Source: Candidatus Parcubacteria bacterium
GTDB taxonomy: Bacteria > Patescibacteriota > Patescibacteriia > Patescibacteriales > UBA12075
Length of the DNA: 64,000 bases
Direction of reading: 5' to 3'
Assembly: GCA_963827735.1 (NCBI GenBank)
Contig: CAWHBO010000005.1
Span: 187,669 to 251,668 of the forward strand
Positions 8,380-18,714 of the stretch are shown here, in pieces; within the stretch, counting starts at the first letter, position 1; each line of letters begins with the position of its first letter. The notes under the pieces are model-generated. The model saw only the letters and a program-made list of their open reading frames with translations, was not told the DNA's origin and made no database searches. The translations under genes and the position numbers were made by a program.

Positions 8380-11300
8380 ATGAGGCTTAATCATAAAAAA
8401 TTACTTTTCCTTTTCCTGTTCTTGGCTGTCTTTGCCATTGGTTCCAAAGCGCTGGCTGGCGATTTGGGTTTTAATTATGCCAACAATCTTGGCCTTACCA
8501 ATTCTGATATCACGGATCCGAGAGAGTTGCTGGTTAACATCGTCAAATTCGCTTTATCTTTCGTCGGGCTGATCGCGGTTGTTTTTATCATGTATGGCGG
8601 ATTCCTTTGGATGACCGCAAACGGCGATTCCGACAGGATAAGCAAAGCCAAGAAGACTTTGATCTCAGCGGCTATCGGTTTGGCTATAATCATTTCCGCT
8701 TTTGTAATCGTTAATCTTGTGATGAGAGGAACGGGCGCGATAATTTCCGGCACTTGTACGGATTCAGAAACGAGAAGCTGCGGTTGCGGCGGAACGCAGA
8801 CTTGCTCCGGGGGATTTTGGGGATCCTGTATCGGAAGCGATTGCGGCTTAACGCCTTCGTCTTTAAATTTTCAGGTTAAGCGGACAGTTCCCAGAGATCA
8901 AGCTCTGGTTGCCAGAAATGCATCGGTTGCCGTGATTTTCAACCAGCTTATCGGCACCACCGACCAAATCACTTTGAATGATAACTTTACATTTTCTAAA
9001 ATTGCCACGATCAATCCGGATACCTTGGAAGAAGCCGCTATCGCCGAAGAGCCATATGCGGATATCACTGACGTTGTCACGTCCGGCGATGGCTATCGGT
9101 TAACGCGCCAGTCCACGGAAGCTTGCGGCGATGAAAAAGCAACGCCCCATTGTTTTGATTCTTGGACAAAGTACCGCGTTAGGATAAATTCCGGCCTCGG
9201 GGACATTGAAAATACTTCCGGAACGGCCGCTCTGGATCACGCTTTTGAATTCAGCGTAAACAATTTGATTGATACCAATCCGCCAACAGCCGGAATCATT
9301 CCCGCGCAGATTTGTTATGACGACGGAACGCTGGCCGCAGACGCCAACTATATCGGCGCCTGGGGCCGGGACGATGTCGGAATCGGAGCAATGAGATTTT
9401 ATGAACAAGGAAATCCGACGCCGACAATTTCATTTATCGGCAATTCCCAAAAATATCAATATGAAGAATATCAAGTTGATGCCACTGCTTTGACGGTGGG
9501 AGACAGTTTTGTTTCAAGAGTGGCAGTTGACGACATGGTCCCAGATACAGCGTCGGGCAGTTTTTCAACGATCATCAGGCAAGGCCATTGCTGTAACGGC
9601 ATTTTGGACGCCGGAGAAGAGGAAACCGATTGCGGCGGAACTGATTGCGAATCATGTTCAATGCAAAATCCTGTGATTTCCTCTGTATCTCCGGATAACG
9701 GAGCGCCGGGAAATTTCATAACAATCAGGGGCCGGCATTTTGGCAGTACAACCGGAGAAGTGTATTTTTGGAACGGGGTTGATTATACGGTTTTAGCCGC
9801 TTATCCAAATTCCGTAAATGCGAATTGCATAAAAAATTGGTCAGACAGCCAGATCATCGCTGTCGTTCCGGCGCTGGCTTCAAGCGGTCCGATCAGAATC
9901 ATCAGAGGCGACGGAAGAGATGACGCGACTGATGACGATAACGGCCCCTCGGTTCCCGATTTTATCGTAAACGCCGTCACTCGCCCGGGGTTATGCCTGC
10001 TTGCTCCCGATTCTGGAGTTTATCGGGACAGCTTCAGTTTGGAAGGAAATGCTTTTTCCGGTTCCGGGCAGGCAGTGTTTTTTGGAAATGAAACGGATAA
10101 TCTTGAAGCTCCGCATTCAAATTTAACCAACACCAGAGCCTCATCTTCCGTTCCCAATGCCGCTTCCGGCAGAACGACAGTTTTTTTCGCGGCCAATGGG
10201 CAGAATTCAAACTCCTTGTATTTCAACATTGCCAGAGATTTAAACAATCAGCCGGTGATAGATTATATCAGTCCGGAAAACGGTCCGATCGGAGAGTATG
10301 TCACGATTTTCGGCAGCGGTTTCAGCGCGTTTTCAGCGGGAACAAGCAATGTTACATTTACGCGCATCTCGGATGGGACGGAATATGAAATTGAAACCGG
10401 CGCGGATTTTCCAAGCGCATGCCAAGACAAATGGTGGTCAAACAGGCAGATTGTCGTAAAAGTTCCCAATGTCGGAAGCGGCCTCGGCGATTACAGGATA
10501 ACAGTCAGAAGCAGCGGAAATTTAACCAGCGAACCGAAAAATTTTGAGATAACAGCTGGCGCTCCCGGCCCGGGAATTTGTCTGCTTGATCCGGATAACG
10601 GGAAAATCGGGATGGAAATAAATGTTTTTGGAGATAATTTTGGGTCTTCCCAGGGTACCGGTTTTGTCCAGTTTTTTGCGCCCTCTTTGATAAATGTAAG
10701 CGCCGGACTTACCTGGACCAATCAGAACATTAAGGTCAATGTTCCCGTATCCGCTCAGACCGGACCGGTTAAAGTTTCTAAGGGCACTTTGAGCAATGGT
10801 TTGCAATTCCGGGTTGGAGCCTGCGCCACTTCAACCGATTGCGACATTATCAGCGGTGAAGAATGCTGCGGGGCCGGCACTTTCTGGTCAGGCGTTTGCC
10901 GGACAGCCGGAACCTGCGGACAAGGAACCGCCGATTTGACCGGCTATGGCTGGAGCTTTACGGTTTCCAGCTCTTCTTCGGCTCTTGTGTGCGGAGGATT
11001 TTCTGATCAAGCCTCATGCGACGCGGCCAGCCGATGTCCCAATTCTCCCGGAGAATGCCAGACGAATGACAGTTTAAGCACCGGCAAGAATTGCTCAAAC
11101 GCTGATTGCAACAGCCGGTTTGCCCAATGCCAAGGGCAATGCGTCTATGATGGCATCGCAAATTTATGCGTTGCCAATGCCGCGCCTCTCACAACTTCCT
11201 GCGATTTGGCCAGCACAACTTTGATTTCCTCATATACTGCCGTCTGCCGGCAAGTGAATTCCCTTGGAATTTGGCAGATCAACGAACCTTTGCTTTGTCC

Positions 11301-14300
11301 GTCCGGGACGTATCTGGATATCAATGGCTGGTGCACGGTTGGCAGCATTGGTCATCCGGCGCTATGCGGTATCTGCGGAAGCGGATTTTTATGCGACAGC
11401 AACCATCGGTGCGTGGTCAATCAGTCAATTTGCCCGGACAATTCAACCTGTACCGCCGGACAATGCGTTCTTAGCAATGAGGCCTGCGAATGCTGCTGCG
11501 AAGTCGGGCAAGACGATCGTGATTGCTGTCTTGGACTTACTTGCGAAGCGGGGGGTTGCGGCAATGATCCTGTAAACTATGGCTTATGTTCCGGCTGCCG
11601 AGTTGATCTTAACGGAAACAACGCGGACTTGACCGCCGCTGAGCAAACCGCCAGTGATAACGCCTGCAATTGCGAGGGCACGAATGGAAAGTATTGCGAA
11701 ATCGCCGACCCGGCTGATTCTTCCGATCTGGGGGTTTGTAAAGATGCCAAGCCTTGCGACAGCAGTCCCGCGCCCGCGTGCCAAGCTGATAGCGTTTTGT
11801 GCGATACGGGAGAATTTTGCGATACGGATTGTTTTTGTAAAAAAGGAAAACCTTGCGACAACGACCTTGATTCTTCAGTTTGCGGCGCTCCCGGAAATTG
11901 CGACCCGGCTACGGAGTATTGCAACCCGGCTGATTGTTTCTGCCGGCCGGGAAAAAGCTGTGATAACGATCTTGACCCTACAGTTTGCGGCGCTCCTGGA
12001 AATTGCGACCCGGTAACGGAATTTTGCGATGAAGATTGCCTTTGTCAGCCGAATTCAATTCCCGCCGGCGATCCTTGCTTTCAAAATTCTTCATCCACGT
12101 TGCCGGCTTGCAATCCATTCCATTGCGGAAGCGCTTATGAGTGTTTGACAGATAACTATGAAAGCGAAGCCAGCGCTTGCGGATATTGTTGCTGTAATCT
12201 TGATAACGCGAAAACTTCTTTGGACTCTTGCCTTAATTTGAATCCAAATTTTTACTGCGCCGCCACGGCTGATACCGGAAGCGCTTGTTTTGATTCCAAT
12301 GTTTCCACCCCTCCTAATTTCGGCATCTGTTGCGGCTGTTCAGCTGACTCTGAGTGCGGCGGAACCGGGGAAGGCTGCGGAACGGATGCCTGCTGTCATG
12401 GCCGACCAGATGTGGAATCGGTATACCCGTTAGATATGCCGGCCGCCTCGGCCGGAACAGTCTGCCGCAACACGGCAGTTGAGGTAAGATTCAACCAGCT
12501 GATGGATGTTGAAAGTTTTCCCGAAAACATCATCCTGGTCGGCGACTATGGCGTCAGCGCCTGCCCCCAAGGTACCTCTTATTTGGCAGTCAGCGGCGAA
12601 AAAGAGAAAAATTACGGTCTGTTTAAAAAATTAGCTTTTAACATTTTAGAATTCGGAAAGAAAATTCTTGCCCCTGTCCTCCAGGAGAAAGAAGCCAGCG
12701 CTTTCACTCCGGTAAGCGCCCTGCATAATTTTTGCGCGGTAAAAGGTTCGGTTATGAGTTATGCGGAAGACGATAAGAGCGTACTGGTGTTTTCTCCGTC
12801 AAAGCTACTCGACCCCAGCAGGCTTTTTTACGTGATTGTCAAAGGCGATGAAGATTTAAGCAGCGTTACCGGCGTAAAAAATCAATGGGGAATCGGCATG
12901 AATCCCTTGGGTAGCCCTTCGGCTGGAGACAACACTTTTAACAAGATAACTTACGCCCATTCTTATACTTGGTCTTTTACCACGCTTTCCGATCAAGGGA
13001 GTTCCAAGGGCGTCTGCAAGGTTGACCGCGTAACTGTCGCTCCCGCGTCTTATCTTTTTCAAACGGTAAAAAATGATCTCAATGAGGCAGACAACAAAGA
13101 TTCAATCGCTGACAGTGATAAGATTTTTACGGCTAAAGCCAAAACCGCCGACGGTCAGACAGTCGTTCCGGTAAGTGATTATTCCTGGGATTATGCCTGG
13201 ACCGTATTGGATGGAAGCATTGCCCAAATCATAAGCGTTCCCAGCTTTACCGCGACCGGCAGCCGTCAGCTTGTCAGGGCTTCAGCGAACATCACGGACG
13301 GACGGACAGTTCTTTCCGCAACCGCTTCTTCAACCATTGTGCCATCCGGCATGGCTCCTTTCAGCAAGACGGGTGATGCCGAAATATACGTTTTTGTCTG
13401 CCAGAATCCGTGGCCGCCGGTCGTGGGAGGACTTTGGGCTCCTTGGCGGGATAACGGATCTAATTGTTCAGGCGGTTCCACCGGCTGCAACAACACGAAT
13501 TATGAGATTTATTACTGCCGCGATGCCGGAGTTTCAGGTACTTTTGACGATTTGCCTGCAATCGTCAGCAGTTCCACTCTAAGCTTCAGACAGACTCTTG
13601 TCTGCAGCGAAGGGGGCGCGCCTTGCGCCGTTTTGGGGGCGGTTTGCGGCACAGCGGGAACATGCGAAATCGGAGTGCTTAAAGAATCTTTCTTTTTCAG
13701 GGCCGCCGTTCCGGACGTGAGTACCATTACCATCGCCGGCAGTCCGGATGATGAAGGCGGCATCGCGCTTTTGCATTGGAATGATGTTCCCCCCGCCGCC
13801 ATTCCGGCAGAAGAGTCATTAAGTGCGTACAAAGTGTATTATGGCCTTTCTTCAGGAAATTATACCGAGTCTCTGATCGTCAGTATCCTGGATCCGCATA
13901 CGGCAATTTCTCCGTACGCAGTCAGCGGCCTTAAAAATAATGTTAAATATTATTTTGCCATCACCGCGGTTTACGCGAGCGGAGCGGAAAGCGGATTTTC
14001 CAACGAGATTGTTTTAACACCGGCGGATAAGGACGCGCCTGCGGCTCCAAACAATTTTACAGCCATCGCCACTAGCACAAAAGTGGAGCTGAACTGGGAC
14101 GCAGTCAATGGGGCTTCTGGCTACGTCGTGCATTTCGGAACAAACTCAGGCGTATATGGAAGCTCGGAAGATATCGGCGCGGATACGCAAGTGATCGTAG
14201 CCGGCCTGATAAACGGACAGACCTATTATTTTGCGCTTTCTGCCAAGGATAAGAATGGAAATGAGAGTTTGTATTCCAATGAAGTTGCCGCAACCCCGAT

Positions 14301-14310
14301 TTTACCGTAA
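8380..14310 (+). CDS. Giant (1976 aa) surface protein: TrbC/VirB2-like N-terminal module, IPT/TIG repeats, Cys-rich tandem modules, C-terminal fibronectin type III domains
   Basis: N-terminus paralogous to the 6395 ORF (ITDPRELLVNIVKFALSFVGLIAVVFIMYGGFLWMTANGDSDRISKAKKTL). IPT-like segments (NPVISSVSPDNGAPGNFITIRGRHFG; QPVIDYISPENGPIGEYVTIFGSGF). About 35-aa Cys-rich tandem repeats (KPCDNDLDSSVCGAPGNCDP...). Fn3-like C-terminus. A single uninterrupted ORF. Confidence 0.85.
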   Translation: MRLNHKKLLFLFLFLAVFAIGSKALAGDLGFNYANNLGLTNSDITDPRELLVNIVKFALSFVGLIAVVFIMYGGFLWMTANGDSDRISKAKKTLISAAIGLAIIISAFVIVNLVMRGTGAIISGTCTDSETRSCGCGGTQTCSGGFWGSCIGSDCGLTPSSLNFQVKRTVPRDQALVARNASVAVIFNQLIGTTDQITLNDNFTFSKIATINPDTLEEAAIAEEPYADITDVVTSGDGYRLTRQSTEACGDEKATPHCFDSWTKYRVRINSGLGDIENTSGTAALDHAFEFSVNNLIDTNPPTAGIIPAQICYDDGTLAADANYIGAWGRDDVGIGAMRFYEQGNPTPTISFIGNSQKYQYEEYQVDATALTVGDSFVSRVAVDDMVPDTASGSFSTIIRQGHCCNGILDAGEEETDCGGTDCESCSMQNPVISSVSPDNGAPGNFITIRGRHFGSTTGEVYFWNGVDYTVLAAYPNSVNANCIKNWSDSQIIAVVPALASSGPIRIIRGDGRDDATDDDNGPSVPDFIVNAVTRPGLCLLAPDSGVYRDSFSLEGNAFSGSGQAVFFGNETDNLEAPHSNLTNTRASSSVPNAASGRTTVFFAANGQNSNSLYFNIARDLNNQPVIDYISPENGPIGEYVTIFGSGFSAFSAGTSNVTFTRISDGTEYEIETGADFPSACQDKWWSNRQIVVKVPNVGSGLGDYRITVRSSGNLTSEPKNFEITAGAPGPGICLLDPDNGKIGMEINVFGDNFGSSQGTGFVQFFAPSLINVSAGLTWTNQNIKVNVPVSAQTGPVKVSKGTLSNGLQFRVGACATSTDCDIISGEECCGAGTFWSGVCRTAGTCGQGTADLTGYGWSFTVSSSSSALVCGGFSDQASCDAASRCPNSPGECQTNDSLSTGKNCSNADCNSRFAQCQGQCVYDGIANLCVANAAPLTTSCDLASTTLISSYTAVCRQVNSLGIWQINEPLLCPSGTYLDINGWCTVGSIGHPALCGICGSGFLCDSNHRCVVNQSICPDNSTCTAGQCVLSNEACECCCEVGQDDRDCCLGLTCEAGGCGNDPVNYGLCSGCRVDLNGNNADLTAAEQTASDNACNCEGTNGKYCEIADPADSSDLGVCKDAKPCDSSPAPACQADSVLCDTGEFCDTDCFCKKGKPCDNDLDSSVCGAPGNCDPATEYCNPADCFCRPGKSCDNDLDPTVCGAPGNCDPVTEFCDEDCLCQPNSIPAGDPCFQNSSSTLPACNPFHCGSAYECLTDNYESEASACGYCCCNLDNAKTSLDSCLNLNPNFYCAATADTGSACFDSNVSTPPNFGICCGCSADSECGGTGEGCGTDACCHGRPDVESVYPLDMPAASAGTVCRNTAVEVRFNQLMDVESFPENIILVGDYGVSACPQGTSYLAVSGEKEKNYGLFKKLAFNILEFGKKILAPVLQEKEASAFTPVSALHNFCAVKGSVMSYAEDDKSVLVFSPSKLLDPSRLFYVIVKGDEDLSSVTGVKNQWGIGMNPLGSPSAGDNTFNKITYAHSYTWSFTTLSDQGSSKGVCKVDRVTVAPASYLFQTVKNDLNEADNKDSIADSDKIFTAKAKTADGQTVVPVSDYSWDYAWTVLDGSIAQIISVPSFTATGSRQLVRASANITDGRTVLSATASSTIVPSGMAPFSKTGDAEIYVFVCQNPWPPVVGGLWAPWRDNGSNCSGGSTGCNNTNYEIYYCRDAGVSGTFDDLPAIVSSSTLSFRQTLVCSEGGAPCAVLGAVCGTAGTCEIGVLKESFFFRAAVPDVSTITIAGSPDDEGGIALLHWNDVPPAAIPAEESLSAYKVYYGLSSGNYTESLIVSILDPHTAISPYAVSGLKNNVKYYFAITAVYASGAESGFSNEIVLTPADKDAPAAPNNFTAIATSTKVELNWDAVNGASGYVVHFGTNSGVYGSSEDIGADTQVIVAGLINGQTYYFALSAKDKNGNESLYSNEVAATPILP

Positions 14311-14393
14311 AATCTTAAATAAGGCGGTAGAAAAACGAACAATAATCTTTGGGAATATTTTTTAGGCCATTTTTAATTTAAAAATCTAATCCT

Positions 14394-15125
14394 ATGTTTG
14401 ATAATTTAGACGACAAAACCACTCAAACCGCTCCTGTCCCGGGGAATGTTCCTGTGCCGGATGGTCCGCAAACGGCGGAAGATATTTTTTCAGAAACGAA
14501 TGATTCTGCGCCGACAAGCCCAAGCAATTTAACTGATCAGCCAAAAGTTCAAAGCGAACAATGGTCGCAAGTTGATCCGGGCATTGACAGTCTGGACATT
14601 GAAAAGCAAGGCAAGAAAAAAATGATAATGCTTATGCTCATGTTTATCGGGATGATTTTGATCGGCTGGGGAACATATTTGGCTTTTGGAAAGATTGTGT
14701 CTAGCATCGGTAGTTTTGGAAAAAGCACTGTTGAAAAAACCGAAACAGATAAAGCCGCCTCAAACTTGAATCAAACCGATGAAGCCAACACGACCAACGA
14801 TACCATTTCGACAAAAGAGCCAGACACCGTTTCCGGAACTTCAACAGAGGACTATATACCCGCTCCCGCTGAAGTTGAAAACGCCGATGCCGACAAAGAC
14901 GGGCTTTTGGATACGGAAGAAAATGTTTTAGGCACCAATCCTGGGAAAGTTGACAGCGATGATGACGGCCTTTTTGATCGCGAAGAAGTCAGGATTTATA
15001 AAACTGATCCCTTGAAGTCAGATACGGATAGCGATGGGTTTATGGATGGCGAGGAGGTAAAATCAGGCTATAATCCCAAGGGAGACGGGAAGCTGTACCG
15101 GATAAATGCTCAAACAGCGCAATAA
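14394..15125 (+). CDS. Membrane-anchored protein with acidic DxDxDG Ca-binding (TSP3/dockerin-like) repeats
   Basis: Single TM helix (IMLMLMFIGMILIGWGTYLAF). C-terminal DADKDGLLDTEE...DSDDDGLFDREE...DTDSDGFMDGEE repeats. Confidence 0.65.
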   Translation: MFDNLDDKTTQTAPVPGNVPVPDGPQTAEDIFSETNDSAPTSPSNLTDQPKVQSEQWSQVDPGIDSLDIEKQGKKKMIMLMLMFIGMILIGWGTYLAFGKIVSSIGSFGKSTVEKTETDKAASNLNQTDEANTTNDTISTKEPDTVSGTSTEDYIPAPAEVENADADKDGLLDTEENVLGTNPGKVDSDDDGLFDREEVRIYKTDPLKSDTDSDGFMDGEEVKSGYNPKGDGKLYRINAQTAQ

Positions 15126-15140
15126 TTTAAAAAATATCCA

Positions 15141-16178
15141 ATGGAACAATCAAAAAATCAAATAAGCGGCGCATCGGTCGGCTTATCCAATGTCAATGAC
15201 CCGGTCATTCATACGATGCCAAAACGCTTTATAAATTCCAAAGAAGAAAGAGGAACCTCTCACAAAGGAGCCGGACTTTTGATTTTCGGCATTGGACTTT
15301 TAATTTTGGGCGTCGGAGCGGTTTTTGTGTATTTTTATGTTTTTAATGAGCAGGCGGTACAGACGAATGAGTCTGCGTTAAAGTCGGGGCTTGTTTCTCG
15401 CGAGGTTACAGAGAAAGCGACAACCTCAAAAGATGCTGAAGATGATCAAATTAAACCGGAAATCGCCGTCAACACCGATACGACCGCGTTGACTCCCGCA
15501 AATGCAGAGGTTACGGACAAAGTCAGCAACAAAATCGAAGTTTCTTCTTCAAGTCCGGAAACGGAATCTGCCACCCGGACGATCAAAACCATTGATGTCT
15601 CGGATACTTTTGTAAACAAAGAATACTCTTTATCTCCAGATGTTGACCAGGATGGTTTGTCCGACGTGGAGGAGTTGATTTTTGGCACCGGCACCGGCTC
15701 AAAAGACAGCGATAATGACGGTTATTCGGATTTGGCTGAGATCGGTAATCAGTATAATCCGGCCGGAGAAGGGAAGTTGATCGTTAATCCGGGCATAAAA
15801 AAATATACTGATAACACGGTTGGATACAGCTTGTACTTTCCGGCCAGCTGGCAGACGAGTGCAATTGATTCCGGCAACACAATTGTTTTTCAGATTGACG
15901 GTATGGAATACATTCAGATCATCGTTTCGGACAAGGCATCCGGTCAAAGCCTGGACGATTGGTATAAGGAAAAATTCAACGCCACCCTCATAAAAGGCGA
16001 ACAAATTGTTTATAAAAAGGGTTGGCTAGGCATAAAATCCGAAGATGGACTGATGTACTTTTTATCAGACGGCTTAAGTGATAAAATTTTTACAGTTAAT
16101 TATGTTTTAGGAGACAAGACGATTTTGTCATATAAGAGTATTTTTGAGATGATGATCAATACATTGGAGAAGAAATAA
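15141..16178 (+). CDS. Paralogous membrane-anchored DxDxDG-repeat protein with an extra C-terminal domain
   Basis: TM helix (LLIFGIGLLILGVGAVFVYFYVF), DVDQDGLSDVEE and DSDNDGYSDLAE repeats, and the same ...YNPAGEGKL motif as the previous gene. Confidence 0.65.
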   Translation: MEQSKNQISGASVGLSNVNDPVIHTMPKRFINSKEERGTSHKGAGLLIFGIGLLILGVGAVFVYFYVFNEQAVQTNESALKSGLVSREVTEKATTSKDAEDDQIKPEIAVNTDTTALTPANAEVTDKVSNKIEVSSSSPETESATRTIKTIDVSDTFVNKEYSLSPDVDQDGLSDVEELIFGTGTGSKDSDNDGYSDLAEIGNQYNPAGEGKLIVNPGIKKYTDNTVGYSLYFPASWQTSAIDSGNTIVFQIDGMEYIQIIVSDKASGQSLDDWYKEKFNATLIKGEQIVYKKGWLGIKSEDGLMYFLSDGLSDKIFTVNYVLGDKTILSYKSIFEMMINTLEKK

Positions 16179-16279
16179 TCCCGCCATTTATTATCTTCTG
16201 TTGAGGGCGGGATCCCGCAGAAGGCGGGAGATATTGGGATATTAAGATATTAGAATATTAGGAAATTAGAAATTAGAAA

Positions 16280-16702
16280 TTGGTTATTTGGGTTATGATA
16301 GAAATTAACAATCAGACAAGAACAAAGATTGATTTGAAAAAAGTCAGGCAAGTGGCGGAAAATTTTTTGGAGTTTTATAAACAGGGAGATAAAGAAGTTT
16401 CCATTGCTTTTATCGGGGATAAGAGAATGCGGGATTTGAACCGGATGTACCGCCGAAAAGACAAAGTCACTGATATTTTATCATTTTGTGATGACGGTCA
16501 AGCAATTTTGGGAGAAGTTGTGATTGATTTTCAGCAGATCAAACGGCAAGCCAAGCAATTTTCAAAAAGCGCCAAAGAAGAATTGATTTTTATTTTGGTC
16601 CATGGACTTTTGCATCTGATCGGGCGGGAAGATGATACGGAAAAGGGGCGGTTGGAAATGATTGAGGAAGGGGAGAGGTTTCTTTTGGCAAATTTTTTTT
16701 AA
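16280..16702 (+). CDS. ybeY: rRNA maturation endoribonuclease YbeY (true start probably the in-frame ATG at 16295)
   Basis: Metal-binding H...H.....H motif (HGLLHLIGREDDTEKG). MIEINNQ-type N-terminus from 16295. Confidence 0.85.
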   Translation: MVIWVMIEINNQTRTKIDLKKVRQVAENFLEFYKQGDKEVSIAFIGDKRMRDLNRMYRRKDKVTDILSFCDDGQAILGEVVIDFQQIKRQAKQFSKSAKEELIFILVHGLLHLIGREDDTEKGRLEMIEEGERFLLANFF

Positions 16703-16763
16703 TGATCAATATCCAATAATCAATCAATATTTAATATTATAATATCTAATTGAAACCATTCGG

Positions 16764-17129
16764 ATGATAAAATTTAAGCGTCTGATAAAAAGTGTTAAAT
16801 ATGCGATAAGTGGCTTGATAAAAGCCTTTCGTGATGAGCAGAATCTTAAAATTCAAAGTATTTTTGCGATTTTTGCGATCATCTTCGGTTTTTTGCTTCA
16901 AATTGGTAAATTTGAGTGGTTGGTGGTAATATTAACAATAGGCATGGTTTTGTTGATGGAACTTATCAACAGCGCGATTGAGCGCTTGACGGACATGTTA
17001 AAGCCAAGGCTGGATCCATATAGCAAGGAAATCAAGGATATCATGGCCGGCGCGGTAATGCTTGCTTCCATCATGGCCGTCATCGCCGGCGTAATAATTT
17101 TTGTTCCGAAAATTTTTGAAAAATTATAA
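16764..17129 (+). CDS. dgkA: Diacylglycerol kinase (prokaryotic DgkA family)
   Basis: 3-TM 121-aa protein with an ELINSAIE motif. Synteny with ybeY. Confidence 0.8.
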   Translation: MIKFKRLIKSVKYAISGLIKAFRDEQNLKIQSIFAIFAIIFGFLLQIGKFEWLVVILTIGMVLLMELINSAIERLTDMLKPRLDPYSKEIKDIMAGAVMLASIMAVIAGVIIFVPKIFEKL

Positions 17130-17137
17130 AATTTTAT

Positions 17138-17503
17138 ATGTCAATCAAAACTTCAATCATGATTTTGCTTTTCTGCCTGCTGGCGGCTTTTATCGCGGCT
17201 TGGTATCTGGCCGACAAAATGCCGGGAAATCCGAATATGAGAAAAGCGCAATTTGAGCAAAAACAGTTAAGCGAAGAAGAGCTTAAAAAAAACAAAATGG
17301 AAGCTGATTGGGAGCGCGCGGTGAAAGATTTGCAGGAGCGGGAAGCAAGATTGACGCCGGAAGACCGCAAACGGATGGAAGCTGATTGGGAACAAGCGGT
17401 GAAAGATTTGCAGGAACGAGAAGCAAAAATGACGCCGGAAGACCGCGAAAAAATGGAGGCTGATTGGAAAAAGATGATGGAAACTTTTGAAAAAAATCAA
17501 TAA
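17138..17503 (+). CDS. Small membrane-anchored coiled-coil protein with three about 30-aa tandem repeats
   Basis: N-terminal TM, then three copies of MEADWE.AVKDLQEREA..TPEDR. The DNA repeat period is about 90 nt (17290-17470). Confidence 0.55.
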   Translation: MSIKTSIMILLFCLLAAFIAAWYLADKMPGNPNMRKAQFEQKQLSEEELKKNKMEADWERAVKDLQEREARLTPEDRKRMEADWEQAVKDLQEREAKMTPEDREKMEADWKKMMETFEKNQ

Positions 17504-17520
17504 TAAATAATTATAAGAAT

Positions 17521-18705
17521 ATGCAAAAACCATCAAAATTCGCGTTTAATCTTATCATCGCGGTTGTGTTAACTTTAGGGCTGTCAATTTCCTTCCAGTC
17601 ATTGCTCGCCGCTTGGAACCCCCCCACAGCCAACCCGCCGGACGGCAATGCTCTTCCCCCCATAACCGTGGATGGGGCCGGAAATACCAATCCGGGAACT
17701 TTTACCGCCGCCGGAACCATAACTGCAAATACAATCACGGCTACCGCTGGGTACACCACTGCTGGAAACATTGTTGCTTCCGGCAATGTCGGCATCGGAG
17801 TCATTCCGGACGGGAGTTATAAGTTGCATGTTGCCGGCGGCGCAATCGGTTCCGCGGCATATTTGCCGCTAACGACAAGTTGGAGCACATACGGCACCGG
17901 TGATGGAGGGGCCGCGATTTACAATGACGCCGGGACATATCAAGCTTTGATGATTGTCGGTGCGGACCGAGGCCAAGGCTACGGCCGCTGGGTGCGCGTC
18001 TGGGATTCGCTTTGGGCTTCGTCCCGGGTTGATTCTCCGATATACTATGACGCGGATGATCTGGCATACTATGTTAATCCTAACGGTAGCAGCATTATAA
18101 ATGATCAATCAAACAATACAATTCATACCGGATATTTGGATTTTCGATATGCCGGTGGTGATAGCGGACAAGGAAACAATGCTTATGCCATATTTCAAGA
18201 AGGGGGAGCATGGGCGCATCCTTATCCAGACTTAAGAATCGCATACCACACCGGAATCAAACTAGGCGCAAATTCCAGCTACAACGGGATACGATTTTAT
18301 AATGACTATGATATGTCTACCCTGGTTATGTCCGTAAATGATGTTGCAACAGGCGGCGCCAACAATGTTTGGGTTGAGAATCAGTTAAGCGCGGGATCTT
18401 TTGTGTATCACTCTGATGAAATTTTGAAAAAAGATATTCAGACAATTCCCGATGCTCTTCAAAAAGTGCTTGAGCTTAAGGGTGTGGAATTCACCTGGAA
18501 AGAATCAGGAGAAGAAAGTGTTGGTTTGATCGCCCAAGACGTGGAAAAAGTTTTTCCGGAGCTGGTTGAAACCGGAGGCAATGGATTGAAAGGCGTGCAG
18601 TACGGCAATTTGGTTGCGCCCCTCATTGAAGCGGTTAAAGAACAGCAGGCAATGATAAAAAGTTTGGAAGAGCGGATAAGTGAGTTGGAGAAAAAGAGCG
18701 AATAA
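17521..18705 (+). CDS. Secreted protein with a C-terminal phage tail-fiber/endosialidase-type intramolecular chaperone (peptidase S74) domain
   Basis: C-terminus SDEILKKDIQTIPDALQKVLELKGVEFTWKESGEESVGLIAQDVEKVFPELV...YGNLVAPLIEAVKEQQAMIKSLEERISELE matches the S74 chaperone consensus. N-terminal signal/TM and a Gly/Thr-rich fibre-like region. Confidence 0.75.
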   Translation: MQKPSKFAFNLIIAVVLTLGLSISFQSLLAAWNPPTANPPDGNALPPITVDGAGNTNPGTFTAAGTITANTITATAGYTTAGNIVASGNVGIGVIPDGSYKLHVAGGAIGSAAYLPLTTSWSTYGTGDGGAAIYNDAGTYQALMIVGADRGQGYGRWVRVWDSLWASSRVDSPIYYDADDLAYYVNPNGSSIINDQSNNTIHTGYLDFRYAGGDSGQGNNAYAIFQEGGAWAHPYPDLRIAYHTGIKLGANSSYNGIRFYNDYDMSTLVMSVNDVATGGANNVWVENQLSAGSFVYHSDEILKKDIQTIPDALQKVLELKGVEFTWKESGEESVGLIAQDVEKVFPELVETGGNGLKGVQYGNLVAPLIEAVKEQQAMIKSLEERISELEKKSE

Positions 18706-18714
18706 ACAAAATAT

